DNA of 64,000 bases from an uncultured Verrucomicrobiales bacterium (GCA_937893015.1 CALBJX010000062.1:733-64732), one strand, 5' to 3'; positions 1-10,820 are shown, numbered from the stretch's first letter. Notes: a model not told the origin generated them from the letters alone. Translations and numbers: made by a program.

Positions 1-3000
1 GGCAATGTAGGCCTGGGCCAGGCCGCTAACGAGGTATTCCTGTATGCCCCTAAGGCGGACCACAAAATCACCCGCCTGAGCAAGCTGGTGACGGATGCCC
101 GCACCTCTGACGTGTACAATGACATGTCCATGCTCGGCAAGCCGCTCACGGGCGAGCTGCTGTATCGCGCGGGCTCCGGCACCATGTTCATGGCGGAGGT
201 CGATGCGGACGGCATGGCTGACTCCGGCGCGGCCCCCTCCATCCGCGGTGCCTACGACTATGTGACGGGCGGTCTGACCACGATTGACGCATGGAATCAG
301 CGCGAGACGCAGGAAGGCGGTGACTTCAACTACAGCGTCTACCACACCGTCAACGACAACATTTATGCCTACATCACGGGGACGCAGGCCTCCGGGCAGG
401 TGAACCCGCTGCCCTATATCGGCAAGGGTGGTGACTCCGGCAGTCCCTCTTGGGTGTGGAACGAGGCCGCAGGACAGTACCAGTACATCTCCGCCCTGCA
501 ATCCGGCGGCGGCAATTTCTCCCAAGACATCGGTGCGTGGTACTGGGAGCTGGAGAAGATGGAATCCTTCAACAAGAACATCGCGCTCGGCAGCGATTCC
601 GTCATTCATCTGACGGGCGTGACCGCCTTGGGCGACACTATCACGGGCAACGCCAACGGCACCACCCTCACGGTGCAGCAGCACCTCGGCAGCATCACCA
701 CGGGCGGGGAAACCACGCAGTTTGCGGGCGTGCAGAGCGGCGTGAACACGTGGCTGAACCTCAACGACATCAAGGACAACCTCAACTGGTACAACTACGG
801 CAATGAGAAGCTGAACGCCAACGGCGATATCAACAGGGCCAATGAGGGTAAAATCGTCTACGGCGAGCTGATGCACACGGACAGCATTGTGCTGAAGGCC
901 GCCTCCGCCACCCCCTACATCGTGCAGCTGGATGACACGGTGGACACGGGCATCGGCTACGTGCGGTTCAGCAAGGCCGAGGGTGTGGAAAATGCTACCT
1001 TCAACCTCGTTTCCGAAGCGGGCGAGCAGAATCAGCTCAACTCCGCGGGCTTTGTGGTGGACAAGGGTGTGACGCTCGATATTGCGCTGACGGGTGAGAG
1101 CGGCTATCTGCGCGAGTGGCGCAAGGTGGGCGACGGCGACCTGCGTATCAGCGGCAGCGGCGACAATTTTGTGCTGCTCAACGTGGGCGGCGGCAGCGTG
1201 GGCACCAACGACGGCTCCGATGCCGGCCACGCGAGCGGCAAGGTGTATCTGGACCGCGAGGACGGCTATGCGGCCTACAATGTGCTGGCCTCCACGGGCA
1301 GCACGATCATTCTGAAAAACACGGAGCAGGTGGCGCATGATGTGACCCTCGGCGCGGGTGGTGCCACGCTGGACCTGAACGGCAACGACTACACGTGGAA
1401 CAACGCGACGACGGCGGACGGCTTCACCCTGCACATGCTGACGGAGAAGGACATCCTCGCTAACCACGGCGACAAGGCTGTCACGGTCACCATCACGGAT
1501 GCGGGCGATACCCTGCTCGGTTCTTTTGAGGACTCCGCGAGCGGCGCCCTGAATGTCATCTACGACGGCGGGGAAAACTCCCTTGCCATGCACAGCGTTT
1601 TTACCGACCTGACGCACAATGAGGCCAGCTCCTTCATGGTGAAGAGCGGCAGCGTTTCTCTCGGCGGCACTATGACCATGCACGGACGAGGCTCCCTGAC
1701 GGGCACCAACGCCGACCGCGTGGAAAACCCGAATGATTGGCACTATGCCGATGCTGCGATGGATGTCGTGGTGCAGAACGGCGCCACCTTCACGCTGGAC
1801 AGCCACGCCCGCTTGACGGGGGATGTGATGGTGGAGCAGGGGGGTACCTTCGTGATGAAGGAGGGCACCAAGCATCAATTTGAGTACATTGAAGGTGCCA
1901 CCTTCACGGAGGACACGCAGAGTGAATTCTATGCGCAGTTCCATGGTCTGAAAGGCGATATCAAGCTGCAGGGCGGTGAGCTTCAGGTGGCCTACAATGC
2001 TGGTGCGGATTCCCACAACACCTACGAGGGCAACATCACGGGCAATGCCTCTGCCGTCACCTTCGACCTCGGCACGGAGGCCGCGCTCTCTCTGACGGGC
2101 GCGAATGATTTCACCATGGCGAACGGCGCGGCGGTGCAGTTGGTGAGCGGCGGGGTGATTGCCGAGAACACGGCAGCGGCGGGGTATGCGAACGGCACGG
2201 CGGCTCATACATGGAATATCGGGGAGAAAGCCTATTTTGCCGTGAAAGGTCTGAGCGGGGACGCTTTGATGACGCTGGTGAGCGGTGATTCCGCAGGTGC
2301 GCTGGCTCTCACGGAAGCGCAGACGGCGGCGCTGGCTGTGCATGATGGTCTCTTCATCGGTGCGTTGGAGGGCACCCGCACGGAATACGGCGCCGCGGGC
2401 ACGGCGGACACGCTTGCGGCAACGACGGATGCAGAGGGCGCACAGCACTGGTTGCTGGGCGGCGGCGGCGGTGAGCTGGTCGTCAACTTTGCGCTGGACA
2501 ATGAGCACGCCGCGCTGGTGCTCGGCAATGAGTACACGACGGGGTCCGTCACGCTCACGAATGAGCACAACCACATCGGCTCTATCTCCTTCGGCGGCAA
2601 GGTGACGCTCGGTTACACGAGCGAGGCCGCGCTGGGCGGTGCGGATATCAATCTTGCCTACAGCCACCGCATCATCGGTTCCGACGATGCTCTGGACAAC
2701 ATCACTGCCGGGTCCGAGGGCGCGATGCTGGTGGACAACATGGCCGAGGAGAATATTTCTCTGGCGGAGCATGCCTCCCTTTCCCTCGGCGCAGCGGGCA
2801 ATGTGAGCTACAACGGCACCATCGGCCTCGGCAGCGGCGATACCTACCGCTTCGGCGGCGTGTCCGGCAAGCTGGCTCTGGCCCGGGCCTTGACGAACAA
2901 CGGCGCGACGCCCACGAATGTGATTGTGGACGGCCAGACCTACAGCGGCGGTGTGGTGGAACTCAAACAGGCTGCCACGCTCACGGGTAATGTGACCGTG

Positions 3001-6000
3001 ATGGGGTATGACCGCGAGCAGACAAGCGAGACGGAAGGCGATATCACCCTGCGTTTGGGCGTGGCGAATGCGTTGGCCTCCGCAAGTTCCGTCTCGTTGA
3101 AAGACGGCGGTATTCTGGATGTGAACGGCACCCGCCAGCTGCTCAACAATCTCTCTATGGAAGAGGGGAGCACGCTGACCGACAGTTCTCGCGGCAGCGG
3201 CTCTGCCGTGCTCAACGTGAGCGAAGGCTCGACAACCGAGATGAGCGGCTCACTGGATGTTTCCTCCCTCACCAAGACGGGCAGCGGCACCATGAATCTG
3301 GGCGGCACGAACTCGTACGCCCTCCTGAGCATTGCGGAAGGCTCGGTTGCGCTTAAGAGTGATACGGCCTTGCAGAACACAGGTATCACCCATGTGCAGA
3401 GCGGTGCCGTGTTGGATACGACTGCCGTGAGCCATGGCGGGCAGATTGCCCTCTCGGGCGGTGCGCAGATGCTTGTCGGTGCCGCGTTGGACGGCTCGGT
3501 GCAGGCTATTTCCGGCACTGCTGCGATGCGCAACAGCGGCGGCACCTCCAAGTTATCCACCGAAATCGGCGCCGCATCGGGGGCTGCCCTGCAATTGGCG
3601 GGCGGTACCTTCCAACTCACCAACGGCACCATCAATGCCGATAGTGACAACGGCACGGAAATCGTGAAGAGCGGTACGCTCTCCGTGACGGCGAATCGAT
3701 TGGAGATTAACAACTCCGCTACGGCGAACATCGGCGGCACCCTGAGCTTTGATGGTTCGGCCTCCAAGCAGTACCTGTACAGCAACCGCAGCGGGGATAA
3801 CACCACGCGCAACATCGAACACCTCCACACAGGCGACAATTACAGCAAAGAACTCCATATTTCGGAGGCAACGTGGAATACCATCTGGAATATTCACAAG
3901 CTGACGGGTGTCGGCACCCTGCAATGGGATTCCAGATCCACGCATTGGTATTCCTCCCGCATTGTGCTGGACGGAGAGAACTCGTTCTCGGGCACCATAC
4001 TGGCGAAGCGTGAGAACTCGGACAGTTCGGTGCGCACCTATGCTTCTTATCTGGAACTGGCTCACGACAGGGCGGCGCAATACGCCATGGTGAACCTCGT
4101 CGGTACGGATGCCAACGACTACATGAACCTGGCGGTGAATACGGAGAATGCTTCTCTCCGCAGCCTGACGGGCAATACCTATACCACCCTGTATGCGGGT
4201 GCCGCTTTCCCCGGCGTGCATCATTCGGGCGATTCTTCCACAGGTGCGGCGGGCATGGATGCCCACCCTGTTTCTTCTCGCCAAGCCTCGCTGACCTTCA
4301 CCGGGAATGCCAACGGAACCTTCCAAGGCAATGTGTACGGCGGGGAGAACGGCAACGGCATCAGCCTGGTGATGAATGCCGCCTATGATTCCGTGAAGCA
4401 GACCTTCGACGGTGATACGGTGCAGCTCAACAATGTGACGGTGCAGAAGGGCCAGCTGGTTCTCTCCTCCACGGGGCTGAACATTGCGGGCAATGTGAAC
4501 ATTGCCACGGGGGCCACGCTCAAGACAGGCAGCAACTTTTCCTTGGATGCGGGCAAGACCCTGAGTGTCACGGGCGGCAATACCGCCACCGCCACGCTGA
4601 ACTCCGTGCTGGTGCTCAACGGCGGCACGCTGGACTTCGATTCTTCTGCCCTCTCCACCGCCCACAGCGCGCTGACCGTCAATGGTGTCAGCGTGAATGC
4701 ACTGAGCCCTGCCGAGAATCTGACCCTCAATTTCTCCAACTCCTCCTACCTGCGCACAGGGCAGCAATACAAGCTGGTGAGCGGCGACTGGGCCGCGCTC
4801 GGCGTGGGGCAGAGCTATTTCAATGTCACGGGGGCAGACTACCTCCTCGGCACCTTCACTATGGCATCGGACGGCCTTTCCGTCAGCTTCGCCGCCAAGA
4901 ACGGCGAGCTCATCTGGGACGGCACGAGCGGGGCCACCTCCTGGACCGCCTCTCAGTTCGGTCAGCAGCGGGTGAAAACCACCACTTCCTCCACCGTGGT
5001 GTTCAATGACTCCGCGCAGAGCCACAATGTGAAAGTCAGCGGCTGGCCCGAGGTCGGCACCATGGTCTTTGACAACACGCAGGACTACACCATTTCCGGT
5101 AACCTGTTCGTGAACGACATCCACGTGGTCGGCAGCGGTGCCACCACCCTGTCCTCCGGCGTTGCCATCAACAGCAACGGCAGCGTAACCGTTGACAACG
5201 GCTCGCTGATTGTGAAGGGTGTGTCCACCCTGCCGCTTGCCAAGCAGGTCAGCGGCACGGGCACGCTGGTGTTGGACTGGGGAGTCAACAGTGAAAACCG
5301 CTTCAACATCAAAAACCTGCACGCCTTGGAAATCCGCAGCGGTCAGTACACCACGGACAGTGCGGTGAGCACGGAAGCTATCATCGTGCGTGACGGCGGT
5401 CAGTTTACGTCCTCCGCCTCGCAGACCATGGACCTCACGCTGGAGGGCGCAGGCCGCAAGGGGACAAGCGACCGCGCCGCGCTCTCCCTGAGCAACAACG
5501 CCGGCATCAGCGGCAGCGTTCAGCTGACAGGCAACACGGCTATTGAGGTCGCCGACGGTACTACCTCCCGATTCAGCGGCACCATCACGGGTACCGAAAA
5601 CACGCTGACGAAGCTGGGCAGCGGCACCATGGAAGTCGCCGGGATGGAGGTGCAGGGCCTGAACCTTGCAGAAGGCAGTCTGGTGCTGCACCGCAACAAT
5701 GCGGCGAGCAAGTACATCAGTGCCGTGCAGCTCGGCGACGGTACCACCTTCACCCAGTACAGTGACGAACGTCCCAATGCCCTGTCCGGCATGGATACCT
5801 TGGTACTGGGCGGGAACGCCACCGTTAAGACGGATAACTTTGAAGGCTCCCTGCGCGTCAGCACGCTGAAGAATGCGGACGGCGTTGCTGCTGCCACGCT
5901 GAACTTGGTGAACGACTCCAGCGTCGAACGCTACACGCTCTTTGAACTGGGCCGCAACGGTGCCGATACGGGCAACTTTGCAGGCACCATCAACCTGAGC

Positions 6001-9000
6001 AGCACGGAAACACTCAACTACCGCTCCGCCGCCCTCGTCATCAGCAGGGGTGACATCACGAAGAACGCCGTCGTCAACCTTGATTCCGCCGTCTCTTCGT
6101 CCGCCAAGTTGGCCTTGGGTCTGCATGATGCGACCGTCACCGTGGCGGGGCTTGCCTCGGGTGTCGATTTGGGCTCCCGCGCGCATGTCTACTCCGGTTA
6201 TGTGGGGGTGAATGCCTCCGATGTCACCAAGGAGAACGTTGTCCGCACACTCGCCGTTAACACCGCTGCGGACACGGAAAACACCTTCAACGGTGCCGTG
6301 ACCTCCAACATCAACATCGTGAAAACGGGGGACGGCACGCAGAATCTGGCCGGCAATTCGAGTCAGAGTGCGGTGAGCGGGTACGGCTTCAACGGTTTCA
6401 ACGGCACGGTTTCCGTGCAGGGCGGCACGCTGGGTCTGTCCGACATCGGCATCCTCACGGGGGCTTCCGCCATCACCGTGGGTGAGAGCGGCACCCTGCG
6501 TTTGGACGGCGCGTTGAGTCTCAGCGCGCCCACCATCAGCAACAGCGGTACCGTCATCTTCGGCAGCAATGCCTGCTACACGCTGGATGAAAGCACCATC
6601 ACCACGCCGCACACCTACACCCTTGTCAGCGGCAGCGGCACCACGCAGGATTTGAGCCTGAACAACTTCCGCTACAACGGTCAGAGCCTGCAAGGCTACT
6701 CCTCCGGCATCCGCCTGATTCAGAGCGGCGGGGATGTCATCCTGAGCATCAGCAACGGCGAGGTGCGCACGCTGGTGTGGGACGGCACGGCGGAAAACAG
6801 CATCTGGGATATGGGCACCTCCGCCAACTGGCAGGCGGACGGCTCCAAGACGGAGTCTTACGCGCCCGACAGCGTCATCTTCGGTTCGGGCGGCAGCAAG
6901 CAAGTCAGCGTGGCTGCCGGAACGCGCGTGCAGGATATGACCGTTGCTGCGGGCTCCTACAGCTTCAGCGGCATGAACAACCTGCGGGTGGACGGAGACC
7001 TGAGCATCAACGAGGGGGCCTCTGTCTCCTTTGACAGGCTGACCAACAACCAGACGCAGCACCTGACCGCAGACGGTAACGTGACGGCGGGCTCCACCAC
7101 CATCAACAGCGGTTCCGCCACCTTCAACGGCACGGCCCACTTCACGGACGGCATGCTGATTGACGGCGGCACCACCACCTTCAACGGCGAGGTGATGGTG
7201 GACGATACGGCGGCTTCTTACGAGCTGATTATCAACCGCGGTGAGGTCGCCATCAACGGGCAGATGACCGTGAACGGCAATGTGCAGCTGGGGCATAACG
7301 AAGCCGGCGCGGCCAAGGCGAATATTCGCATCGGGGAAAACGGCTCGCTCTCCGTCGGCACGCTCAATTCCGCGTGGGGCTTCAACACCCTGACGGTGGA
7401 TGGTGTGCTGAACACCGACCACATGAACCTCTCCACGGGTACCACGCAGACCATCACGGGCAGCGGCACCATCAATGCGAACCATCTGTCGGGTGCCAAT
7501 AACGGCACCTACAATTTCTCGAACCTGCGCCTCAACATCGGCGCGGGCGGCATGGACGGCGGACGCCCCTTGAGCTTCACGAACATGACGCTCGGGGCAC
7601 TGGAGGACTGGACGGCCAACCGCACCATTGATTTGGCGGGTGACATTGTCATTGATACCGCCAAGGTCGGCTCCGAAAGCGGCGAAGGGACCACCATCAC
7701 ATTGAAGGGGTTGAACGTCAGCTCTCTGACGAGCCTCACCAAGACGGGCGCAGGAACGTTGGTGCTCAGCAACAACAACGGCAACAGCGGCAGCATCATT
7801 GTAGAGAAAGGTACGCTCAAACTCGGCAGCAATCTGGCCTTGGGCAGCACCTCGGGCGAGCGTCTCATCCGTATTGACAGCGGGGCTGTACTGGATGTCA
7901 ATGGCCTTGTCGGGGACACCTCCGCCTATACGGTGACCCTCAACGGCGGTACTCTCACCAACACGGGCAATGCCCAGGGCGCGGGGCAGCGTCAGGTCGT
8001 CACGGGGCTGAAACTCACGGCAGATTCCGCCGTGGAAAGCCTTGCTGACAAGGAATTCGGGCTCATTGCCAACGGGTGGGGGAATACCGGCATTGCGTTG
8101 GACTCCCACATTTTGGAAAAGACGGGTGCCGGAACTTACTACATCACCAATGCCGCCATCACCGGCAGCGGCAAATTGAAGGTGAGCGACGGTACGCTGC
8201 AATTTGACCCGAGAAGCAACGGACATCTGGATTCCGGCATTGAAATGGCGGGTGGTACGCTGGCGGGTACGGTGAAGCTCGGCGCAGGTATTGCGTTGGA
8301 TATCACCCAGAGTTCGACTTTGACCGCTGCCATCCAAATGGACGGCTATACGCTGACCGTGAACAACGATGCCGTGGCAAGCGAAATGAGCGGTGCGCTC
8401 TCAGGCACGGGCAAGCTCGTGAAGACGGGTGCGCAGGACCTCACGCTGACGAACGGCTCCGCCTCCTACACGGGCGGTGCGGAAGTGAAGCAGGGCACCC
8501 TGCGTCTGAGCGGCTCTGCGGCGGGGATGATGGACCGCCTCACCTCCCTCTCCGTGGCGGAGGATGCCACGTTGCATCTCGCAACCTCGGGCTCTTTCTC
8601 GAATAAGAACTGGGATGCCTCTCAGGTGCTCGGCAACATCGAGCTGGGCAACGGCACCGACAGCATGACGGTGAACGCCACCGCTTTCTCTGCGCTGAAC
8701 AGCAAGGCAACGCTCATCATCAACAAGAATGCACAGTACGACGGCAACGGCACGGGCGCCGCACCCGCCACGCTGAACAACAATCTCATCCTCCGCACCG
8801 ATGCCAACCGCATCGCCCTGCACAACGTGGATGTGTTCAATGGTGACATAGCCATTGAAGGTACCGCGCTCATCGCATCGCTGCAAGGCAGCGTGAATCG
8901 CACGACCACCTTCAACGGCAGCATCAGCGGCGATACGCTGTCCGTCGGCGGCGGAGAAAGCGGCGCGTTCCAGCAGTTCTATGTGTTCTCCGGCTCCTCC

Positions 9001-9984
9001 GATGCTTCGGAATTGAACAAGCTGCACATCGGCAAGAGCGGCAACACCAACTGGACCAACGTGCTTGTTCAGGGGGACAACGCCTTGGCTCAGAATGTGA
9101 GCTTTGACGCCAACTGCGCGGCCGACCGAGGTCGCCTCTTCATCGAGTCTGACAACAGCATCCGCTCGCTGAACTCCGATGCCGGGGTAGGCTATGCTGC
9201 CGTCACGGAAGGTCACTCCCTCATGGTGAAGGACAGCGTTGATTTCGGCGGCATGATTGAGCTGGGCAGCACGCGCAACGCCAACGGCAACGCACTGGAC
9301 GCCGCCTATGTTGCCATCAAGGGTAATAACAACGCCGTGATGCAGACGGATGGCGAGCTGACCATGGGCGCGAAGGCCGGGGTAAAGACCGCCTTCATCG
9401 CGGGTGCGGAGGGCAAGGGAACGCGCCTTGCCGGGGCTCATATCGACCTTGCCGCAGCTGTGACGCTGGAGCTTTCCGATGTGATTCTCGCTGATACGTC
9501 CAAGCTTACGGATGCCCCCGCCATGGTGGATGTGGACCATGTGACGCTGGAAGCCAACGTGGGGGTGAATGCCACGGCATTGTCCGCGCTCGCGACCGAG
9601 AAGACGCTGGTGCCCACCACGGGCGAGGATGCCCCCGTTACGCTGACGGCGGACAGCTCCGTGTATGCCATTCAGTTGGAGAATGTCTCCAACGTGCAGT
9701 TCACGGGCTCCTACCTCACCATCGCCCTGAGCGGGGTGGATATCACCACCCTGCAGGCGCACGACTGGGTGAGCATCGAGCTCTCGGGCGGTGCCTCCTT
9801 CGGCAACACGCAGAACGTCGTCGTCACCTTCGATACCTATACTGCCACGGGTTACTATGAGCAGGAGGGGGACCGCACGATGCTTTATGTGGAGTCCGAA
9901 TCGCTGACGACTCCGGAGCCTGCCACGGCCACACTTTCCCTGTTGGCCCTCGCCGCCCTCGCCGTGCGGCGCCGCCGTCGCTGA
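1..9984 (+). CDS. Giant (>3300 aa, 5'-truncated by the window edge) surface protein: S6/IgA1-protease-like serine protease head, autotransporter passenger-type beta-strand repeats, C-terminal PEP-CTERM sorting signal
   Basis: Frame +1 is open from base 1 (GNVGLGQAANEVFLYAPKADHKITRLSKLVTD), so the track start at 88 is internal. It has the Asp motif D-x4-RLSKLVT (58-93), GDSGSP at 430-447, WRKVGDG/NVGGG/LDLNG motifs and many KTG(S/A)GT repeats, and ends TPEPATATLSLLALAALAVRRRRR. Confidence 0.9.
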   Translation, partial: GNVGLGQAANEVFLYAPKADHKITRLSKLVTDARTSDVYNDMSMLGKPLTGELLYRAGSGTMFMAEVDADGMADSGAAPSIRGAYDYVTGGLTTIDAWNQRETQEGGDFNYSVYHTVNDNIYAYITGTQASGQVNPLPYIGKGGDSGSPSWVWNEAAGQYQYISALQSGGGNFSQDIGAWYWELEKMESFNKNIALGSDSVIHLTGVTALGDTITGNANGTTLTVQQHLGSITTGGETTQFAGVQSGVNTWLNLNDIKDNLNWYNYGNEKLNANGDINRANEGKIVYGELMHTDSIVLKAASATPYIVQLDDTVDTGIGYVRFSKAEGVENATFNLVSEAGEQNQLNSAGFVVDKGVTLDIALTGESGYLREWRKVGDGDLRISGSGDNFVLLNVGGGSVGTNDGSDAGHASGKVYLDREDGYAAYNVLASTGSTIILKNTEQVAHDVTLGAGGATLDLNGNDYTWNNATTADGFTLHMLTEKDILANHGDKAVTVTITDAGDTLLGSFEDSASGALNVIYDGGENSLAMHSVFTDLTHNEASSFMVKSGSVSLGGTMTMHGRGSLTGTNADRVENPNDWHYADAAMDVVVQNGATFTLDSHARLTGDVMVEQGGTFVMKEGTKHQFEYIEGATFTEDTQSEFYAQFHGLKGDIKLQGGELQVAYNAGADSHNTYEGNITGNASAVTFDLGTEAALSLTGANDFTMANGAAVQLVSGGVIAENTAAAGYANGTAAHTWNIGEKAYFAVKGLSGDALMTLVSGDSAGALALTEAQTAALAVHDGLFIGALEGTRTEYGAAGTADTLAATTDAEGAQHWLLGGGGGELVVNFALDNEHAALVLGNEYTTGSVTLTNEHNHIGSISFGGKVTLGYTSEAALGGADINLAYSHRIIGSDDALDNITAGSEGAMLVDNMAEENISLAEHASLSLGAAGNVSYNGTIGLGSGDTYRFGGVSGKLALARALTNNGATPTNVIVDGQTYSGGVVELKQAATLTGNVTVMGYDREQTSETEGDITLRLGVANALASASSVSLKDGGILDVNGTRQLLNNLSMEEGSTLTDSSRGSGSAVLNVSEGSTTEMSGSLDVSSLTKTGSGTMNLGGTNSYALLSIAEGSVALKSDTALQNTGITHVQSGAVLDTTAVSHGGQIALSGGAQMLVGAALDGSVQAISGTAAMRNSGGTSKLSTEIGAASGAALQLAGGTFQLTNGTINADSDNGTEIVKSGTLSVTANRLEINNSATANIGGTLSFDGSASKQYLYSNRSGDNTTRNIEHLHTGDNYSKELHISEATWNTIWNIHKLTGVGTLQWDSRSTHWYSSRIVLDGENSFSGTILAKRENSDSSVRTYASYLELAHDRAAQYAMVNLVGTDANDYMNLAVNTENASLRSLTGNTYTTLYAGAAFPGVHHSGDSSTGAAGMDAHPVSSRQASLTFTGNANGTFQGNVYGGENGNGISLVMNAAYDSVKQTFDGDTVQLNNVTVQKGQLVLSSTGLNIAGNVNIATGATLKTGSNFSLDAGKTLSVTGGNTATATLNSVLVLNGGTLDFDSSALSTAHSALTVNGVSVNALSPAENLTLNFSNSSYLRTGQQYKLVSGDWAALGVGQSYFNVTGADYLLGTFTMASDGLSVSFAAKNGELIWDGTSGATSWTASQFGQQRVKTTTSSTVVFNDSAQSHNVKVSGWPEVGTMVFDNTQDYTISGNLFVNDIHVVGSGATTLSSGVAINSNGSVTVDNGSLIVKGVSTLPLAKQVSGTGTLVLDWGVNSENRFNIKNLHALEIRSGQYTTDSAVSTEAIIVRDGGQFTSSASQTMDLTLEGAGRKGTSDRAALSLSNNAGISGSVQLTGNTAIEVADGTTSRFSGTITGTENTLTKLGSGTMEVAGMEVQGLNLAEGSLVLHRNNAASKYISAVQLGDGTTFTQYSDERPNALSGMDTLVLGGNATVKTDNFEGSLRVSTLKNADGVAAATLNLVNDSSVERYTLFELGRNGADTGNFAGTINLSSTETLNYRSAALVISRGDITKNAVVNLDSAVSSSAKLALGLHDATVTVAGLASGVDLGSRAHVYSGYVGVNASDVTKENVVRTLAVNTAADTENTFNGAVTSNINIVKTGDGTQNLAGNSSQSAVSGYGFNGFNGTVSVQGGTLGLSDIGILTGASAITVGESGTLRLDGALSLSAPTISNSGTVIFGSNACYTLDESTITTPHTYTLVSGSGTTQDLSLNNFRYNGQSLQGYSSGIRLIQSGGDVILSISNGEVRTLVWDGTAENSIWDMGTSANWQADGSKTESYAPDSVIFGSGGSKQVSVAAGTRVQDMTVAAGSYSFSGMNNLRVDGDLSINEGASVSFDRLTNNQTQHLTADGNVTAGSTTINSGSATFNGTAHFTDGMLIDGGTTTFNGEVMVDDTAASYELIINRGEVAINGQMTVNGNVQLGHNEAGAAKANIRIGENGSLSVGTLNSAWGFNTLTVDGVLNTDHMNLSTGTTQTITGSGTINANHLSGANNGTYNFSNLRLNIGAGGMDGGRPLSFTNMTLGALEDWTANRTIDLAGDIVIDTAKVGSESGEGTTITLKGLNVSSLTSLTKTGAGTLVLSNNNGNSGSIIVEKGTLKLGSNLALGSTSGERLIRIDSGAVLDVNGLVGDTSAYTVTLNGGTLTNTGNAQGAGQRQVVTGLKLTADSAVESLADKEFGLIANGWGNTGIALDSHILEKTGAGTYYITNAAITGSGKLKVSDGTLQFDPRSNGHLDSGIEMAGGTLAGTVKLGAGIALDITQSSTLTAAIQMDGYTLTVNNDAVASEMSGALSGTGKLVKTGAQDLTLTNGSASYTGGAEVKQGTLRLSGSAAGMMDRLTSLSVAEDATLHLATSGSFSNKNWDASQVLGNIELGNGTDSMTVNATAFSALNSKATLIINKNAQYDGNGTGAAPATLNNNLILRTDANRIALHNVDVFNGDIAIEGTALIASLQGSVNRTTTFNGSISGDTLSVGGGESGAFQQFYVFSGSSDASELNKLHIGKSGNTNWTNVLVQGDNALAQNVSFDANCAADRGRLFIESDNSIRSLNSDAGVGYAAVTEGHSLMVKDSVDFGGMIELGSTRNANGNALDAAYVAIKGNNNAVMQTDGELTMGAKAGVKTAFIAGAEGKGTRLAGAHIDLAAAVTLELSDVILADTSKLTDAPAMVDVDHVTLEANVGVNATALSALATEKTLVPTTGEDAPVTLTADSSVYAIQLENVSNVQFTGSYLTIALSGVDITTLQAHDWVSIELSGGASFGNTQNVVVTFDTYTATGYYEQEGDRTMLYVESESLTTPEPATATLSLLALAALAVRRRRR

Positions 9985-10110
9985 GGCTCCGGCTCCTGTT
10001 GCGTCATATTTCACCCTGTGTGCCCTCAGTTTTGGCTTGCCAAACGGCGCACAGGGTGGCATGATGTCTCCCGAACAAGGCGCACAATGCGCCCCGCAAC
10101 TTCGCATACC

Positions 10111-10764
10111 ATGAAAACGCTCAAGCGATTCCTGATTGTCGGCGCCCCCGCCTCCGGTAAGGGCACTCAGTCCAATTTCCTCTCCACGACATATGACCTG
10201 AAGCCCCTTTCCACGGGTGCTCTGCTCCGCGCGGAAATCGCTGCGGGCTCTGAACTGGGTCTGGAAGCTAAGAAGTACATGGACGCCGCCATGTTCGTGC
10301 CCGATGAGGTGGTGAATGGTATCGCCGCCAAGTGGCTGGGCGAAAACAAGGAAGCCGGCTGCCTGCTCGACGGCTATCCCCGCACGGTCTCCCAGGCCGA
10401 GACGCTCGACAAGAATCTGGAAGCGATGGGTCTCGCTGTGGACATCGTGGTGTACCTCAATGTCTCCTACGAGCTCATCGAAGCCCGCATGATGAAGCGC
10501 AAGGCTTGCCCCGCCTGCGGTGAGACCACCCGCAACGGCGAGGAAATCTGCCCCAAGTGCGGCGGCAAGATGATTGTCCGCACGGACGACAACCCCGAGG
10601 CTTTCGCCAAGCGCATGAAGGACTACCAGACCCTGACCGTGCCCGTCATCGACCACTATGCCAAGCAGGGCAAGGTGGTGGAAGTCGCCGTCACGGAAGA
10701 AGGCGAGCCCGAGGCTGTCTCCGCCCGCATTGCGGAGGCGATTCGCGCCTATGCCGAGGCCTAA
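10111..10764 (+). CDS. adk: Adenylate kinase (Cys4 zinc-lid type)
   Basis: GAPASGKGTQ P-loop, LSTGALLR, LDGYPRT, CPAC...CPKC lid, RTDDN. Start taken at ATG 10111 (MKTLKRFLIVG). Confidence 0.93.
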   Translation: MKTLKRFLIVGAPASGKGTQSNFLSTTYDLKPLSTGALLRAEIAAGSELGLEAKKYMDAAMFVPDEVVNGIAAKWLGENKEAGCLLDGYPRTVSQAETLDKNLEAMGLAVDIVVYLNVSYELIEARMMKRKACPACGETTRNGEEICPKCGGKMIVRTDDNPEAFAKRMKDYQTLTVPVIDHYAKQGKVVEVAVTEEGEPEAVSARIAEAIRAYAEA

Positions 10765-10786
10765 ATCCCGAAATTAAAATCCTTCC

Positions 10787-10820
10787 GCCGCTCCGTTCCC
10801 CGTGGACGGAGCGGCTTTTT
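10787..10820 (+). terminator. Intrinsic terminator after adk
   Basis: GCCGCTCCGT...ACGGAGCGGC hairpin followed by TTTTT. Confidence 0.8.

Noticed and set aside
88..90. Track start codon of the first giant ORF
   Set aside because: The frame is open to base 1 and encodes the conserved Asp motif upstream of 88, so the true start is outside the window.
3553..8337. 1594-aa minus-strand ORF (likewise 8401-10656, 40629-44957, 45087-47654, 48928-50892, 60173-61843 and 56946-60023 on +)
   Set aside because: These are antisense shadows of well-supported genes. They are expected from high-GC codon bias, which suppresses stops on the opposite strand, and they have no recognisable motifs.
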